Shown here: positions 1 through 8,686 of the stretch, piece by piece
Layout: each line of letters opens with the position of its first letter
Position numbering within the stretch: the first letter of the stretch is position 1
Assembly: GCA_036374435.1 (NCBI GenBank)
Contig: DASUTU010000123.1
Location: forward strand, 1,241 to 65,240
Origin: Actinomycetota bacterium
GTDB taxonomy: Bacteria > Actinomycetota > UBA4738 > HRBIN12
Direction: 5' to 3'
DNA: 64,000 nucleotides
The notes under the pieces: model-generated
What the model saw: only the letters and a program-made list of their open reading frames with translations
Databases searched by the model: none
What the model was told of the DNA's origin: nothing
Translations under genes and position numbers: made by a program

Positions 1-676
1 ACGGGTAGGTCGTACGCGCCCCCGCTGGGGGTCGCGGCTCGATCAGATCCTCGACCTCGAGGCCGTGAGCCCGGAACAGCCGGATCCACTCGCCGAAGGG
101 CAACATGAAGTCCACGGTCTCCTGGTCCCACGGACGCATGTCGAAGTAGTCGCGGGACAGCCGGTCGGTGACGCGGTGTTTCGTGTCGTCCCAGCAGACG
201 AAGTGGATGGGGCTCGAGTGGCCGAACGCCAACAGTCCTCCGGGCCGCAGCACCCGCGCTGCCTCGGGGACGGTTCGCCAGGGGTCGGCGAACGTCATGG
301 CCCCGTGATCGCACATGACCACGTCGAACCGCTCGTCGGCGAACGGGAGGCGTTCGGCGTCCCCGGCCACGAACGGCACGCGGCGGCGGACGAGCCGGGA
401 GGCGTGTTCGAGCTGGCGGATCGACAGGTCGAGCCCCACCGGCCGGGCGCCCATCTTCGCGAGCCACCTCGACCACTGGCCGCCCCCGCATCCGAGCTCG
501 AGGACGTCCCTGCCGCGGACGGCGCCGAGCACCCGCAGGCGCGACTCGGGGATCGACCACACCCCCCAGGCGGGGGTCCGGCGGCCGAGCTGGGCGGCGT
601 GTTCGGCCTGGTACCGAGCGCTCTCCGCGTCCCAGTACCGGCGGTTCTTGCGGACGTGGCGGGCGCTCCGGCTCAC
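1..676 (-). CDS. class I SAM-dependent methyltransferase (partial; 3' end runs off the window)
   Basis: The minus strand opposite listed ORF 65..847 translates to [85 protein letters not shown]... This contains the glycine-rich SAM-binding motif I (LELGCGAAQW) and the acidic motif (VGLDLS). The GTG start at 676 overlaps the TGA of the upstream gene (GTGA). No stop codon appears before position 1. Confidence 0.6.
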   Translation of the reverse strand, partial: MSRSARHVRKNRRYWDAESARYQAEHAAQLGRRTPAWGVWSIPESRLRVLGAVRGRDVLELGCGGGQWSRWLAKMGARPVGLDLSIRQLEHASRLVRRRVPFVAGDAERLPFADERFDVVMCDHGAMTFADPWRTVPEAARVLRPGGLLAFGHSSPIHFVCWDDTKHRVTDRLSRDYFDMRPWDQETVDFMLPFGEWIRLFRAHGLEVEDLIEPRPPAGARTTYP

Positions 677-1899
677 CCGGCGTCCAGCCAGCCGCCGTCG
701 CGCTCGTGGCGGGCCGCCACGATGCCCGCGGCGATCGAGAGCGCGATCTCCTCCGGCCGGCGACCCCCGAGGTCCAACCCCACCGGCGACCGGATCCGGC
801 CGATCGCGACCTCGTCGAGCCCCATCGCGCGGAGCTCCTCGAGGTAGGGGCCGACGTGCCCGCGGCTGCCCATCACCCCCACGAAGCGCGCCGGCGAGCG
901 CACGACCTCGGCGAGGAGCTCGGCGATGCCGGGCTCGTCGTGATCGGTGAAGACGACGTCGGTGCGTTCGTCGAGCTCGACGTCCCCGGTCGTGGAGGCG
1001 ACCCGGCCGGGCTCGGCGCGGTCGCGAGCGGTGACGCGTTCGGCCCGCGGCTCGAGCAGCACGGTCTCGTCGCCGAGGACCGCGGCGTGCCGGCGGAGCT
1101 CCCGCGCCACGTCGGTGGCCGAGACCACCACGAGGGTGGACCGCAATGTCGGCGGGTCGAAGAACACGACCACCTCGCCCTGCTCGTGGGTGTAGCGGAG
1201 GCTCCGCGGGGTGCCGGCCTTTGCGATCTGCGCGGCGTCGCGGACGGCGGCCTCGTCGAACTCGGCGCACCCGAGGGTGCCGTGCACCTCCCCTCCGGGG
1301 ACGATGCGCATGGCGTTGCCCACCGCGCAGGGCGGGGAGCCCATGACCTCGACCGCCCGCACGTCCACCCAGCGCCGAGGAGCTTCGGGTTCGCGGCGAT
1401 GCCCGGTGGGGTGTTCGCCGGTTCGGCCGCCGAGCACCTCGACGGCGTGGGGCAAGAGTGGCAGCACCGCCTCCAGGCTCTCTCGCACCCCGTTCGGGCT
1501 CCCCGGAAGGTTGACGATCAGCGTGCTCCGGCGCGTGCCGACGACCGCGCGGGACAGCGCCGCCAGCGGCGTCTTGTCGAGGCCGGCGCGGCGCATCAGC
1601 TCGGCCAGGCCCGGCGCCTCGCGGTCGAGCACGGCCCGGGTCGCTTCCGGGGTCACGTCGCGAGGCCCGAACCCCGTCCCGCCGGTGGTGACGACGAGAG
1701 GGATCGCGCGGGCGTCGGCGAGCTCACGCAGGAGCGACTCGATCTCGAGCTGCTCGTCCGGCACCACGGCGCGTTCGGCCACCTCGAACCCGGCCTCGGC
1801 CAGGAGGCGCTCGGCGGCATCGCCGGACTCGTCCACCCGGGTGCCGTGCGTGACGCCGTCGGAGACCGTGATCACCGCCGCCGTCCGAGGGACGTCCAT
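673..1899 (-). CDS. fusion of MogA/MoaB-type molybdopterin adenylyltransferase (N-terminal) with an XdhC/CoxI-family Moco insertion chaperone (C-terminal)
   Basis: A single 408-aa ORF with no internal stop. The N-terminus ([33 protein letters not shown]...[19 protein letters not shown]...NLPGSPNG) is MogA/MoaB-like. The middle ([42 protein letters not shown]) matches the XdhC_CoxI N-domain. The C-terminus ([60 protein letters not shown]) matches the XdhC Rossmann-like C-domain. Confidence 0.75.
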   Translation of the reverse strand: MDVPRTAAVITVSDGVTHGTRVDESGDAAERLLAEAGFEVAERAVVPDEQLEIESLLRELADARAIPLVVTTGGTGFGPRDVTPEATRAVLDREAPGLAELMRRAGLDKTPLAALSRAVVGTRRSTLIVNLPGSPNGVRESLEAVLPLLPHAVEVLGGRTGEHPTGHRREPEAPRRWVDVRAVEVMGSPPCAVGNAMRIVPGGEVHGTLGCAEFDEAAVRDAAQIAKAGTPRSLRYTHEQGEVVVFFDPPTLRSTLVVVSATDVARELRRHAAVLGDETVLLEPRAERVTARDRAEPGRVASTTGDVELDERTDVVFTDHDEPGIAELLAEVVRSPARFVGVMGSRGHVGPYLEELRAMGLDEVAIGRIRSPVGLDLGGRRPEEIALSIAAGIVAARHERDGGWLDAG

Positions 1900-1933
1900 C
1901 GACGCACATCCTAGGACGCGCCGCTCCGAGCGC

Positions 1934-3163
1934 TCAGGCTCCCCACACGTCGAGCTGCCGCCGGGTGAGCGCCGGAGTCCTTCCGAGCGGCCCGAACGCC
2001 CACGCCTTCAGCAGGGCCAGGCCGCCCCCGCCGAGCGCCAGCCCGGCACCGACCGCCGCCGACCCGCCGCCGATCCATCCGGCGCCGCCCAGCGCGAGCA
2101 GCGCCACCCCGACGTTGAACGTGACCACCTGCAGCGTCCCGCCGAGCTCGATCGCGGCGAGCTGGCGGCGGCGGTCGTCCGGATGACCGGGGTGGGCCAT
2201 CGGGAGCAGGTATTGCCACGCGCCGAGCAGCGTCTGGAGCACCCACCCGGCGACGAACACGGCCAGGAACACCTCGCGGTGCCGGGCGAACGACGCGGCG
2301 CCGCCGGCGAGGACCACCGGGAGGGTCAGCGATCCGGCCACGAACCAGGCCAGGGCGAACAAGAGGTGCTTCGCGGCGACGGGGACCGGCCAGCGGCGCG
2401 GCGTGCGGACGCTTCGAACCGCCATCCACGCCACGCCGAGAGCGCCGAGTGCGACCGCGATCCCCCCGGCGGCCGCGACCGGGGCCACGCCCACCCCGAG
2501 GCCGAACGCCGTCCCCGCGACGCCGGTCCCGAGCGCCACCCCGGTGGCGGTCCCGTGCCACGCGGGCATCCGGATGCGAAGGACGGTCGGGAGCAGCGTG
2601 ACGAGCGTCCCCACGATCGTGAACGACGCCCACCCCAAGACGTTCAGCGTGAGGTGGGCCTGGCGGACGGCCACCCAGCCCCGCCCCGGCATCGCTCGGG
2701 AGCCGAGCAGCGCCCCGAGCGTGCCGCCGGCGAGGACGGCGGCGACCGCGGCCAGATACATCGCGATCGGCAAGGGGTGCCGTCGGTTGAGGCCGATCCA
2801 CCGCGCTCGGACCACCAGCCAGCCGAGGACGGCGGCCGATGCCACGAACACGGTCCCGCCGGCGGCCACCAGGCCGGTGCGGCCGAGAGGGTGTCCCGCG
2901 GCCAGCAGCAGGACCCCGACGTTCAGCGCCCCGAACTGGGTTCCGACCAGCCACCCGGCGGGGGCGGGGGCCGCGGTCAAGGTGAGGGCGAAGTTCTGCA
3001 TCGCCCCGGCGATGGCCACCGAGACCGCGCCGGCCAACGCCAGGTGCAGCGGCAGCCACAACCCGAGGCGGTCGCTCTCGGGCAGCAGGAGCGACAGGGC
3101 GGCGGCGGTGAGCCAAAGGCGGGCGGCCGCCTGGTACCAACGGATCGTGGTCCGCGCGTTCAC
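1934..3163 (-). CDS. integral membrane protein, about 10-12 TM helices, unknown function
   Basis: This is the long hydrophobic frame within listed ORF 1934..3454. The GTG at 3163 ([27 protein letters not shown]) is the first plausible start. The upstream part of the listed ORF is antisense to the moaA-associated small gene. High GC3. Confidence 0.6.
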   Translation of the reverse strand: MNARTTIRWYQAAARLWLTAAALSLLLPESDRLGLWLPLHLALAGAVSVAIAGAMQNFALTLTAAPAPAGWLVGTQFGALNVGVLLLAAGHPLGRTGLVAAGGTVFVASAAVLGWLVVRARWIGLNRRHPLPIAMYLAAVAAVLAGGTLGALLGSRAMPGRGWVAVRQAHLTLNVLGWASFTIVGTLVTLLPTVLRIRMPAWHGTATGVALGTGVAGTAFGLGVGVAPVAAAGGIAVALGALGVAWMAVRSVRTPRRWPVPVAAKHLLFALAWFVAGSLTLPVVLAGGAASFARHREVFLAVFVAGWVLQTLLGAWQYLLPMAHPGHPDDRRRQLAAIELGGTLQVVTFNVGVALLALGGAGWIGGGSAAVGAGLALGGGGLALLKAWAFGPLGRTPALTRRQLDVWGA

Positions 3164-3220
3164 CCCCGAGAGCCTAGCTACCGGCGTGTAGCGTTCGGAC
3201 GTGCGACGAGGGAGGAACGT

Positions 3221-3457
3221 ATGGAGTGGATCGACGAGCTGGCCGAGGCGCTCGGCGAGGAGCCGCTCTCGGCCGAGCAGACGACGCGGCTGCTGAGCTC
3301 GGCACGGGCGGTGGCCCACCGCGTGGAGCGCCGCGTGACGCCCCTCGCGGCGTTCCTGCTCGGCGTCGCGGTGGGCCGCCGGACGGCCGCCGAGCGGGAC
3401 CTCGCTCTCGCGGAGGTCCTCGAAGCACTGGAGGCCCGCCTGCCCTCGGACCACTGA
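3221..3457 (+). CDS. small DUF6457-like protein, of the kind commonly found next to moaA in Actinobacteria
   Basis: ATG at 3221 preceded by GGAGGAACGT. It gives a 78-aa product MEWIDELAEALGEEPLSAEQTTRLLSSARAVAHRVERRVTPLAAFLLGVAVGRRTAAERDLALAEVLEALEARLPSDH, ending 27 nt before moaA. Confidence 0.55.
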   Translation: MEWIDELAEALGEEPLSAEQTTRLLSSARAVAHRVERRVTPLAAFLLGVAVGRRTAAERDLALAEVLEALEARLPSDH

Positions 3458-3483
3458 CGAGGATCGGGGTACGCTGGAGGTTC

Positions 3484-4512
3484 ATGTCCGAGACCTGGCT
3501 GCCGCCGTCCACCCCACCCCCGCCGTCCGGGCCGCTCGTCGACACGTTCGGGCGGGTCGCCGACGACCTGCGGATCTCGGTGACGGACCGCTGCAACTTC
3601 CGCTGCACGTATTGCATGCCGGCCGAGGGCCTGGCCTGGCTCCCGAAGTCGGAGATCCTCACGTTCGAGGAGCTCACGCGGCTGCTGCGGCTGTTCGTCC
3701 GGCTGGGGATCGGATCGGTCAAGGTCACCGGCGGCGAGCCCACGGTCCGGGCCGACCTCCCGGACCTGGTCCGGATGTTCCGCGAGGCGGCGCCCGGCAT
3801 CGACCTGTCGATGACGACCAACGGCGTGTTGCTCGACCGGCTCGCGGTTCCGCTTGCCGAGGCGGGCCTGGACCGCGTCACGATCTCGCTCGACTCGCTC
3901 CTGCGCCACCGGTTCCAGGAGATGACCCGCCGGGACGCCCTCGACCGCGTGCTCGCGGGCGTCCGGGCCGCCGAGGCGGCCGGCCTGGTGCCGATCAAGA
4001 TCAACTGCGTCGTGATCGGCGGTACGAACGACGAGGAGGTCGTGGACTTCGCCGCGTGGTCCCGGGAGCACGGTCACGTCGTCCGGTTCATCGAATACAT
4101 GCCGCTCGACGCCGACCACGCGTGGGAGCGAGCCAAGGTGGTGCCCTCGGCCCGGATCCTCGACGCCATCGACGCGGTGTATCCGCTGCGGCCCGCGGGG
4201 CCGGACCACGAACCGGCCACCAGCTACCGCTTCGCCGACGGTTCCCCCGGAGGGATCGGGGTGATCGGGAGCGTGACCGAGCCCTTCTGCGAGAGCTGCA
4301 ACCGGCTTCGGCTGACCGCCGAAGGCGAGGTGCGCTCGTGCCTGTTCGCGCTCGAGGAGACCGACCTGCGGGGTCCGATGCGTGAGGGCGCGAGCGACGC
4401 CGAGCTCGAGTCGTCGATCAGAACGACCGTCTGGCGCAAGTGGTCCGGCCATCGGATCAACCACCCGGACTTCGTGCAGCCCGAACGCAGCATGTCCGCG
4501 ATCGGCGGCTGA
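3484..4512 (+). CDS. moaA: GTP 3',8-cyclase MoaA (radical SAM)
   Basis: The ATG at 3484 follows GGAGG. It carries CNFRCTYCMP (CxxxCxxC radical SAM motif), a C-terminal auxiliary cluster CESCNRLRLTAEGEVRSCLF, and the GG tail typical of MoaA. Confidence 0.93.
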   Translation: MSETWLPPSTPPPPSGPLVDTFGRVADDLRISVTDRCNFRCTYCMPAEGLAWLPKSEILTFEELTRLLRLFVRLGIGSVKVTGGEPTVRADLPDLVRMFREAAPGIDLSMTTNGVLLDRLAVPLAEAGLDRVTISLDSLLRHRFQEMTRRDALDRVLAGVRAAEAAGLVPIKINCVVIGGTNDEEVVDFAAWSREHGHVVRFIEYMPLDADHAWERAKVVPSARILDAIDAVYPLRPAGPDHEPATSYRFADGSPGGIGVIGSVTEPFCESCNRLRLTAEGEVRSCLFALEETDLRGPMREGASDAELESSIRTTVWRKWSGHRINHPDFVQPERSMSAIGG

Positions 4513-4513
4513 G

Positions 4514-5236
4514 CTACGCTCCCGCGTCGACCGCCGCCAGCCGGGCGAGCCCCGCGATGTTCTTGAGCACGAACCGGCGTCCCTCCCGCTCAACGAACCC
4601 TCGCCGCTGGAAGTCCGAGAGGATCCGGGTGACGTTCTCGCGGCTTCCGCCGCAAAGGCTGGCGAGGTCGGCGTGGGTCACGACCGCGGGAACGACGGCC
4701 CCGTTCTCGGGAAGCTCGTCGAGCGAGGGAGCGACGAGCTGGAGCAAACGCTTCGCCACGCGCCCCTTGAGATCGAGGTAGAGCAGGTCCTCGACGAAGG
4801 CCTCCTGCGCTTGGACCTGGCGGGCCAGGGCCCGCAGCAACGCCAGCGCGGCGGCCGGCTCGTCGGTCAGGAACTCGAGGAACGTGGCGGCCGATACCCG
4901 CCACACCGTGGACTCCTCAAGAGCGATCCCGGCCCCGGTGCGCGGCATCCCGCCCAGGACTCCCAGCTCACCGAAGAACTGCGAGCGGTCCAGCGTCGTG
5001 TGGAGCTGCCGATGCCCGCCGACGGAGAGCGAGCTGATCTCGACGCGGCCGTCCACCAGGAAGAACACGTCCGGGGACTCTTCGCCCTGATGGAAGAGGT
5101 AGGTCCCTCGCCGATACGTCCGGATCGATCCGCGTTCCGCCAGGCGGGCCACGGTCTCCCGGGACGCGTCCTGCAAGAGTGGTGCGCCGGCCATCTCGTC
5201 GACGAGGGCGGCGGATCGGACGGTGGCTGCGCGCAC
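4514..5236 (-). CDS. Crp/Fnr family transcriptional regulator (cNMP-binding domain plus C-terminal HTH)
   Basis: N-terminal cNMP-binding domain (FFGELGVLGGMPRTGAGIALEESTVWRV). C-terminal HTH (THADLASLCGGSRENVTRILSDFQRRGFVE). Confidence 0.85.
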   Translation of the reverse strand: MRAATVRSAALVDEMAGAPLLQDASRETVARLAERGSIRTYRRGTYLFHQGEESPDVFFLVDGRVEISSLSVGGHRQLHTTLDRSQFFGELGVLGGMPRTGAGIALEESTVWRVSAATFLEFLTDEPAAALALLRALARQVQAQEAFVEDLLYLDLKGRVAKRLLQLVAPSLDELPENGAVVPAVVTHADLASLCGGSRENVTRILSDFQRRGFVEREGRRFVLKNIAGLARLAAVDAGA

Positions 5237-5286
5237 GAACCGAAAGCGTAGTCAACCGCTCGCCCGAGGCATAGCCCGCACATGAC

Positions 5287-5316
5287 GGCGGACCCGCCTC
5301 TCAGGGCGGGTCCGCC
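5287..5316. terminator. perfect 12-bp stem / 6-nt loop hairpin (GGCGGACCCGCC-tctcag-GGCGGGTCCGCC)
   Basis: Seen directly in the sequence. It lies downstream of the minus-strand small basic ORF and upstream of the crp-family gene. Confidence 0.5.
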
Positions 5317-5338
5317 GAGGGATTCGACCGAGGTTCGG

Positions 5339-5479
5339 CTATCTCGCCGCGCGCTTCGTGACGCGCTTGGAGACGCGCTTCAGCGACCGCTTCGTCACGC
5401 GGGTCGCCGCCGCCTTCTTCTCGCCGCCCTTCGTGCTCTTGGAGGGCGCCGCCTTCGGCGTGATCTTCTTCTCCGCCAC
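5339..5479 (-). CDS. small lysine/arginine-rich basic protein (histone-like tail composition), hypothetical
   Basis: GTG at 5479 with a GAGGGGGG Shine-Dalgarno 7 nt upstream. Product VAEKKITPKAAPSKSTKGGEKKAAATRVTKRSLKRVSKRVTKRAAR. The listed ORF 5339..5557 extends upstream without an RBS. Confidence 0.35.
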   Translation of the reverse strand: MAEKKITPKAAPSKSTKGGEKKAAATRVTKRSLKRVSKRVTKRAAR

Positions 5480-5583
5480 CTGCTCACCCCCCTCGCCACG
5501 TCCGGGCCCTTGGGCCACTCCTGCTGGTCGGCATCCTGCACCGCCCGGCACATCCAAGATGTGCCGGGCGTCACCACCTCCGG

Positions 5584-5623
5584 CGTGACGTGTGTCACAC
5601 GGGGGGATGTGACGCCCGTCACA
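5584..5623. promoter_or_regulatory. two adjacent CRP/FNR-type boxes: cGTGA-cgtgtg-TCACa (5584-5599) and TGTGA-cgcccg-TCACA (5608-5623)
   Basis: Direct match to the TGTGA-N6-TCACA consensus. Located about 105-145 nt upstream of the small basic ORF start and just downstream of the DUF2180 ORF. Confidence 0.55.
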
Positions 5624-5625
5624 CG

Positions 5626-5844
5626 TCAGGGGTCCGTCTCGACCTCGGGGAGATCGATCGGGTCCGGCCGGGGGGTGCAGGCACCGCAGTAGAGCGCGTC
5701 CTCCACGACGAGGGCTCGCGTCGTGTTCGCGCCTCGGAAGAGCTCCAGGATGAACGGCTGGGTCTCGACGTGGTCCTCACAGACGCCGCGGCCGCAGAAG
5801 CGACAGCTCCCCACGGCGGTTCGTCGGCAGTGCCAGCAGTCCAT
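5626..5844 (-). CDS. DUF2180-like zinc-ribbon protein (6 Cys in CxxC pairs)
   Basis: MDCWHCRRTAVGSCRFCGRGVCEDHVETQPFILELFRGANTTRALVVEDALYCGACTP. Same strand as the upstream S2P gene and 25 nt downstream of it. Confidence 0.6.
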   Translation of the reverse strand: MDCWHCRRTAVGSCRFCGRGVCEDHVETQPFILELFRGANTTRALVVEDALYCGACTPRPDPIDLPEVETDP

Positions 5845-5869
5845 CGCCCTCCTCCCGCCCGATCCCGGG

Positions 5870-8194
5870 CTAATGCTGCCAGGTTCGGTGGAGCGCTGCC
5901 GACGGGTTCAACGTGCCGCGGGTGAACGCCCCCGCGATGGCGCGATCGAAGCCATCGCGGCCCAGGCGGAACAGGCGGGCCGGCGTCCGGGCGATCACCG
6001 AGGCCGTCCTCGGCGCGTCGGTCAACAACGCCACCTCGCCGAAGTGAGCCCCAGCCCCCAGCGTGCCCACCCGCTCGCCGTCGCGGACGATCTCGACTTG
6101 GCCGGAGCCCAGGCCGTAGAACGCGTCCCCCTCCTCGCCCTGCCGGATGATCGTCTCGCCCGGACCGGCGTTGATCCAACGCCCCTGCGACACCACCGCG
6201 GCCAGGTCGTCGGCGCCGAGGGACGCGAAGGCCTCCACCACCCTCAGCTCGGCCGCCGCCTGGAGCGTGGGCGAGAACTGCGGGACCTCGATGGCCCGGG
6301 CCAGCAGCCGATCGAACGTGTTGGCGTCGACCACGAACAACTCGGCGTCTTCCACCGGGCGCACGGTCGCCGATCTCGGCGCCCGGTCGACGAGCCCGAG
6401 CTCCCCGAACGACTCTCCGCGCCCGAGCGTTCGCAAGACCCGGTCGCCCCCCGCCTCCGGATCCTCCTCCACCACCACGAACGTGCCGGACCGGACCACG
6501 TAGAAGGCCTCGGGCCGATCCCCCTGGCGGAACACCGGTTTGCCGGCCGGATACGCTCGTAGCCGAACGCGGCCCGCGAGGTCGGACAACAGGTCCTCCC
6601 CCAGGTCCTCGAACACCGGGAGCGCGTCGATCATCCGCGCGGCCTCCACTCGCCACCTGGTCTCGAGCCGGAAGGTGACGGCCCGAACCAGGGCCCTCGC
6701 CCGTCGCGCAAGCGATCGCAGCACGGCGATCCCCGCCCGAACGACCGGGCCCGTCACGAACAGGACCGCCGCCAGGAGCAGCAGGCGCGTCCCGATCCCG
6801 CCGTGCCACAACGTCCGGACCAGGCCGCCGAAGACGGCCTCCCAGAAGAACGCGGACCAGTACAACGAGAGCACGGTGAACGCGATGCCGAGCGCCGCGT
6901 AGAGCCCGATGCCGATCTCCTGCTTCGTGAACCGCTCTCGGCGACGGAGCTTGCGCCACAGGTCGTACCGGGCGAACCTCAGCGACCGGGGGCGCAGATC
7001 GGGGACCTGGATCGCGTCGGACAAGATGAAGTAGCCGTCGAGCTCGAGAAGCGGAACGAGGTTGAGGAAGATCACGAAGTAGTTGAGCAGCGCGAACTTG
7101 TACAGGAGCGAGGCCGGCGCGGAGTCCGGGAACGCCCACACGGCCAGCGACGCCGCTCCGGCCACGACCAGCTCGGAGTACGGACCGGCGAACGCCTGCG
7201 CGATCCGTTGACGCCGACCGAGCATCAATGCGTCGGAGGCCTCCACGAAGAACGCCGGCGACCCGAAGTAGATCATGAAGCCGGCGCTCTTCACGCGCCG
7301 GCCGTGGCGAACGAGCACCAGGGCGTGCGCGAGCTCGTGCACGAACGTGAGCACGTAGTTCATGGCGAGCAGGAGCAGCGTCGCCGTGACGGCGTCGCCG
7401 TCCGACAAGGAGAATCGCCCCTCTCGGTAGACCGCGACGAACGCGACGAAGCCGAGCACCGCCACGAATCCCACGGGGACCGACACCCACGGGAGAAAGA
7501 ACCACTTCAAACCGGAGCGATAGAACCAGTCGACGAGCCGGTGGGCGCCCCGCCAGTCGACCGAGAGGGTCTTCGCGAACTCTCGCGCCTTCCGTCGGGC
7601 CTTGGACACCGGATCGAGCGCTCGCCGGACCGCCGCGTCGACGTCGACGAACGGGGCGGCGAGGAACCCGCCTTCGTGGAGCTCCCGGACCAGATCGGCG
7701 ACGCCCGAGAGCTCGAGATCGCCGGAGGTCCGGAACCGCTCCATCACGATCTCCTTCACGGTCCTCGTCCCGTCCATCAGGCGAACCACCTCGACCTCTC
7801 CGGCTTCGAGGCGGTAGTGGAGCTGCTCCCGGGGGTTGGCGATCATCGCGTAGTCGTTGCCCCAACGGAGCGTGAACTCCTTCAGCTCCACGTCCGGGGC
7901 GAGCCGGGGTCGCAGGCGCGCCGGGTCCAGCCTCCGCTCGAGGGCCTCCCACACCCCCGCTGCCGGTTCGGCCTCGGATGGCGAGCCCATCCGCTCCTCG
8001 GAGAGCACGGGGCCGTGAACGGGCGCCGGCGGGCTCGACCGGTCGGCCTGGCTCGACGTCGGCGCCGTGTCCAGCCGCGTTCGGAGCAGCGAATAGACGG
8101 ACGTGCGGGGCGCCCGGCGGCGAGAGGCATACAGGTTACCGACGAAGGCTCCCACGAGAAGGACCAGCGTGGGGGTGCCGAGGGCGATCTCCAC
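5870..8194 (-). CDS. multidomain membrane protein: PqqD/RRE-like domain + site-2 protease (peptidase M50) core + two cNMP-binding domains
   Basis: The HELAHALV HExxH motif and the LELDGY motif sit within multiple TM helices. The segment EFTLRWGNDYAMIANPREQLHYRLEAGEVEVVRLMDGTRTVKEIVMERFRTSGDLELSGVADLVRELHEGGFL fits the PqqD/RRE pattern. The two C-terminal CAP-type domains carry FGELGLVD...RSATV and FGEVALLTD...RTASV. The GTG start at 8194 (GAGGA 7 nt upstream, high GC3, N-terminal TM helix) is preferred. An alternative ATG at 7993 also has GAGGAG. Confidence 0.8.
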   Translation of the reverse strand: MEIALGTPTLVLLVGAFVGNLYASRRRAPRTSVYSLLRTRLDTAPTSSQADRSSPPAPVHGPVLSEERMGSPSEAEPAAGVWEALERRLDPARLRPRLAPDVELKEFTLRWGNDYAMIANPREQLHYRLEAGEVEVVRLMDGTRTVKEIVMERFRTSGDLELSGVADLVRELHEGGFLAAPFVDVDAAVRRALDPVSKARRKAREFAKTLSVDWRGAHRLVDWFYRSGLKWFFLPWVSVPVGFVAVLGFVAFVAVYREGRFSLSDGDAVTATLLLLAMNYVLTFVHELAHALVLVRHGRRVKSAGFMIYFGSPAFFVEASDALMLGRRQRIAQAFAGPYSELVVAGAASLAVWAFPDSAPASLLYKFALLNYFVIFLNLVPLLELDGYFILSDAIQVPDLRPRSLRFARYDLWRKLRRRERFTKQEIGIGLYAALGIAFTVLSLYWSAFFWEAVFGGLVRTLWHGGIGTRLLLLAAVLFVTGPVVRAGIAVLRSLARRARALVRAVTFRLETRWRVEAARMIDALPVFEDLGEDLLSDLAGRVRLRAYPAGKPVFRQGDRPEAFYVVRSGTFVVVEEDPEAGGDRVLRTLGRGESFGELGLVDRAPRSATVRPVEDAELFVVDANTFDRLLARAIEVPQFSPTLQAAAELRVVEAFASLGADDLAAVVSQGRWINAGPGETIIRQGEEGDAFYGLGSGQVEIVRDGERVGTLGAGAHFGEVALLTDAPRTASVIARTPARLFRLGRDGFDRAIAGAFTRGTLNPSAALHRTWQH

Positions 8195-8339
8195 CCGCGC
8201 ATCCTCGGCCGGAACCCCCCATCCCGCAACGTGCTCGCCGTCACGTCCCGGTGGTGAGCGTCGTCACCTCGCGGCGTCGGCGCCCCCCAATACCGTCCCG
8301 GAAGAAGACGGCGCGGGATGTCGACGAGAGGAGGCCGAG

Positions 8340-8531
8340 GTGCTGAACGGAGACATCCAGATGCTGGCCGGGGAACTTTCGCACCATCGGGTGGCCGAAT
8401 TACGCCGCGAGGCGGACTCGGATCGGTTGGCCCGGGGGGCCCGCGGCTCCCGGGTAGCCAGAAGCCGAGGCACCGTCAAGCGGCTGGCTCAGGCGGCCCT
8501 GGCCGCGGCCACGTGGCCGATCCGCCGCTGA
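8340..8531 (+). CDS. small hypothetical protein (63 aa)
   Basis: GTG at 8340 preceded by GAGAGGAGG. Product VLNGDIQMLAGELSHHRVAELRREADSDRLARGARGSRVARSRGTVKRLAQAALAAATWPIRR. No homology recognised. Confidence 0.25.
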   Translation: MLNGDIQMLAGELSHHRVAELRREADSDRLARGARGSRVARSRGTVKRLAQAALAAATWPIRR

Positions 8532-8686
8532 GCACCGCCGGACGGTCGAATTCACGGGGCCGTCACATCGAGGTCGCGAGCGCGCCACGAGTGACGGCTA
8601 CGGTTCGGGTCGCCAAGAGGCATTCGCCCCTCTGGAGCGGGGGGTCGGACCGTCACCCGGCCCCCCGCGCCCCCCTCCGCGAAGCC

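Noticed and set aside
706-3457. Long plus-strand ORFs (706..1914, 1211..3457, 748 aa) opposite the mogA-xdhC and membrane-protein genes
   Set aside because: Arg/Pro/Gly-rich low-complexity translations typical of antisense shadow ORFs in about 70% GC DNA. The opposite strand carries recognisable conserved proteins.
3165-3483. Moco riboswitch upstream of moaA
   Set aside because: Intergenic space is too short (about 55 nt before the small ORF, 26 nt before moaA) and shows no Moco-motif features.
5619-7952. 777-aa ORF on the same strand but in another frame of the S2P gene, plus 840-nt plus-strand ORF 5723..6562
   Set aside because: Nonsense Arg/Gly-rich composition. The other reading frame contains HExxH, LDG and CAP domains.
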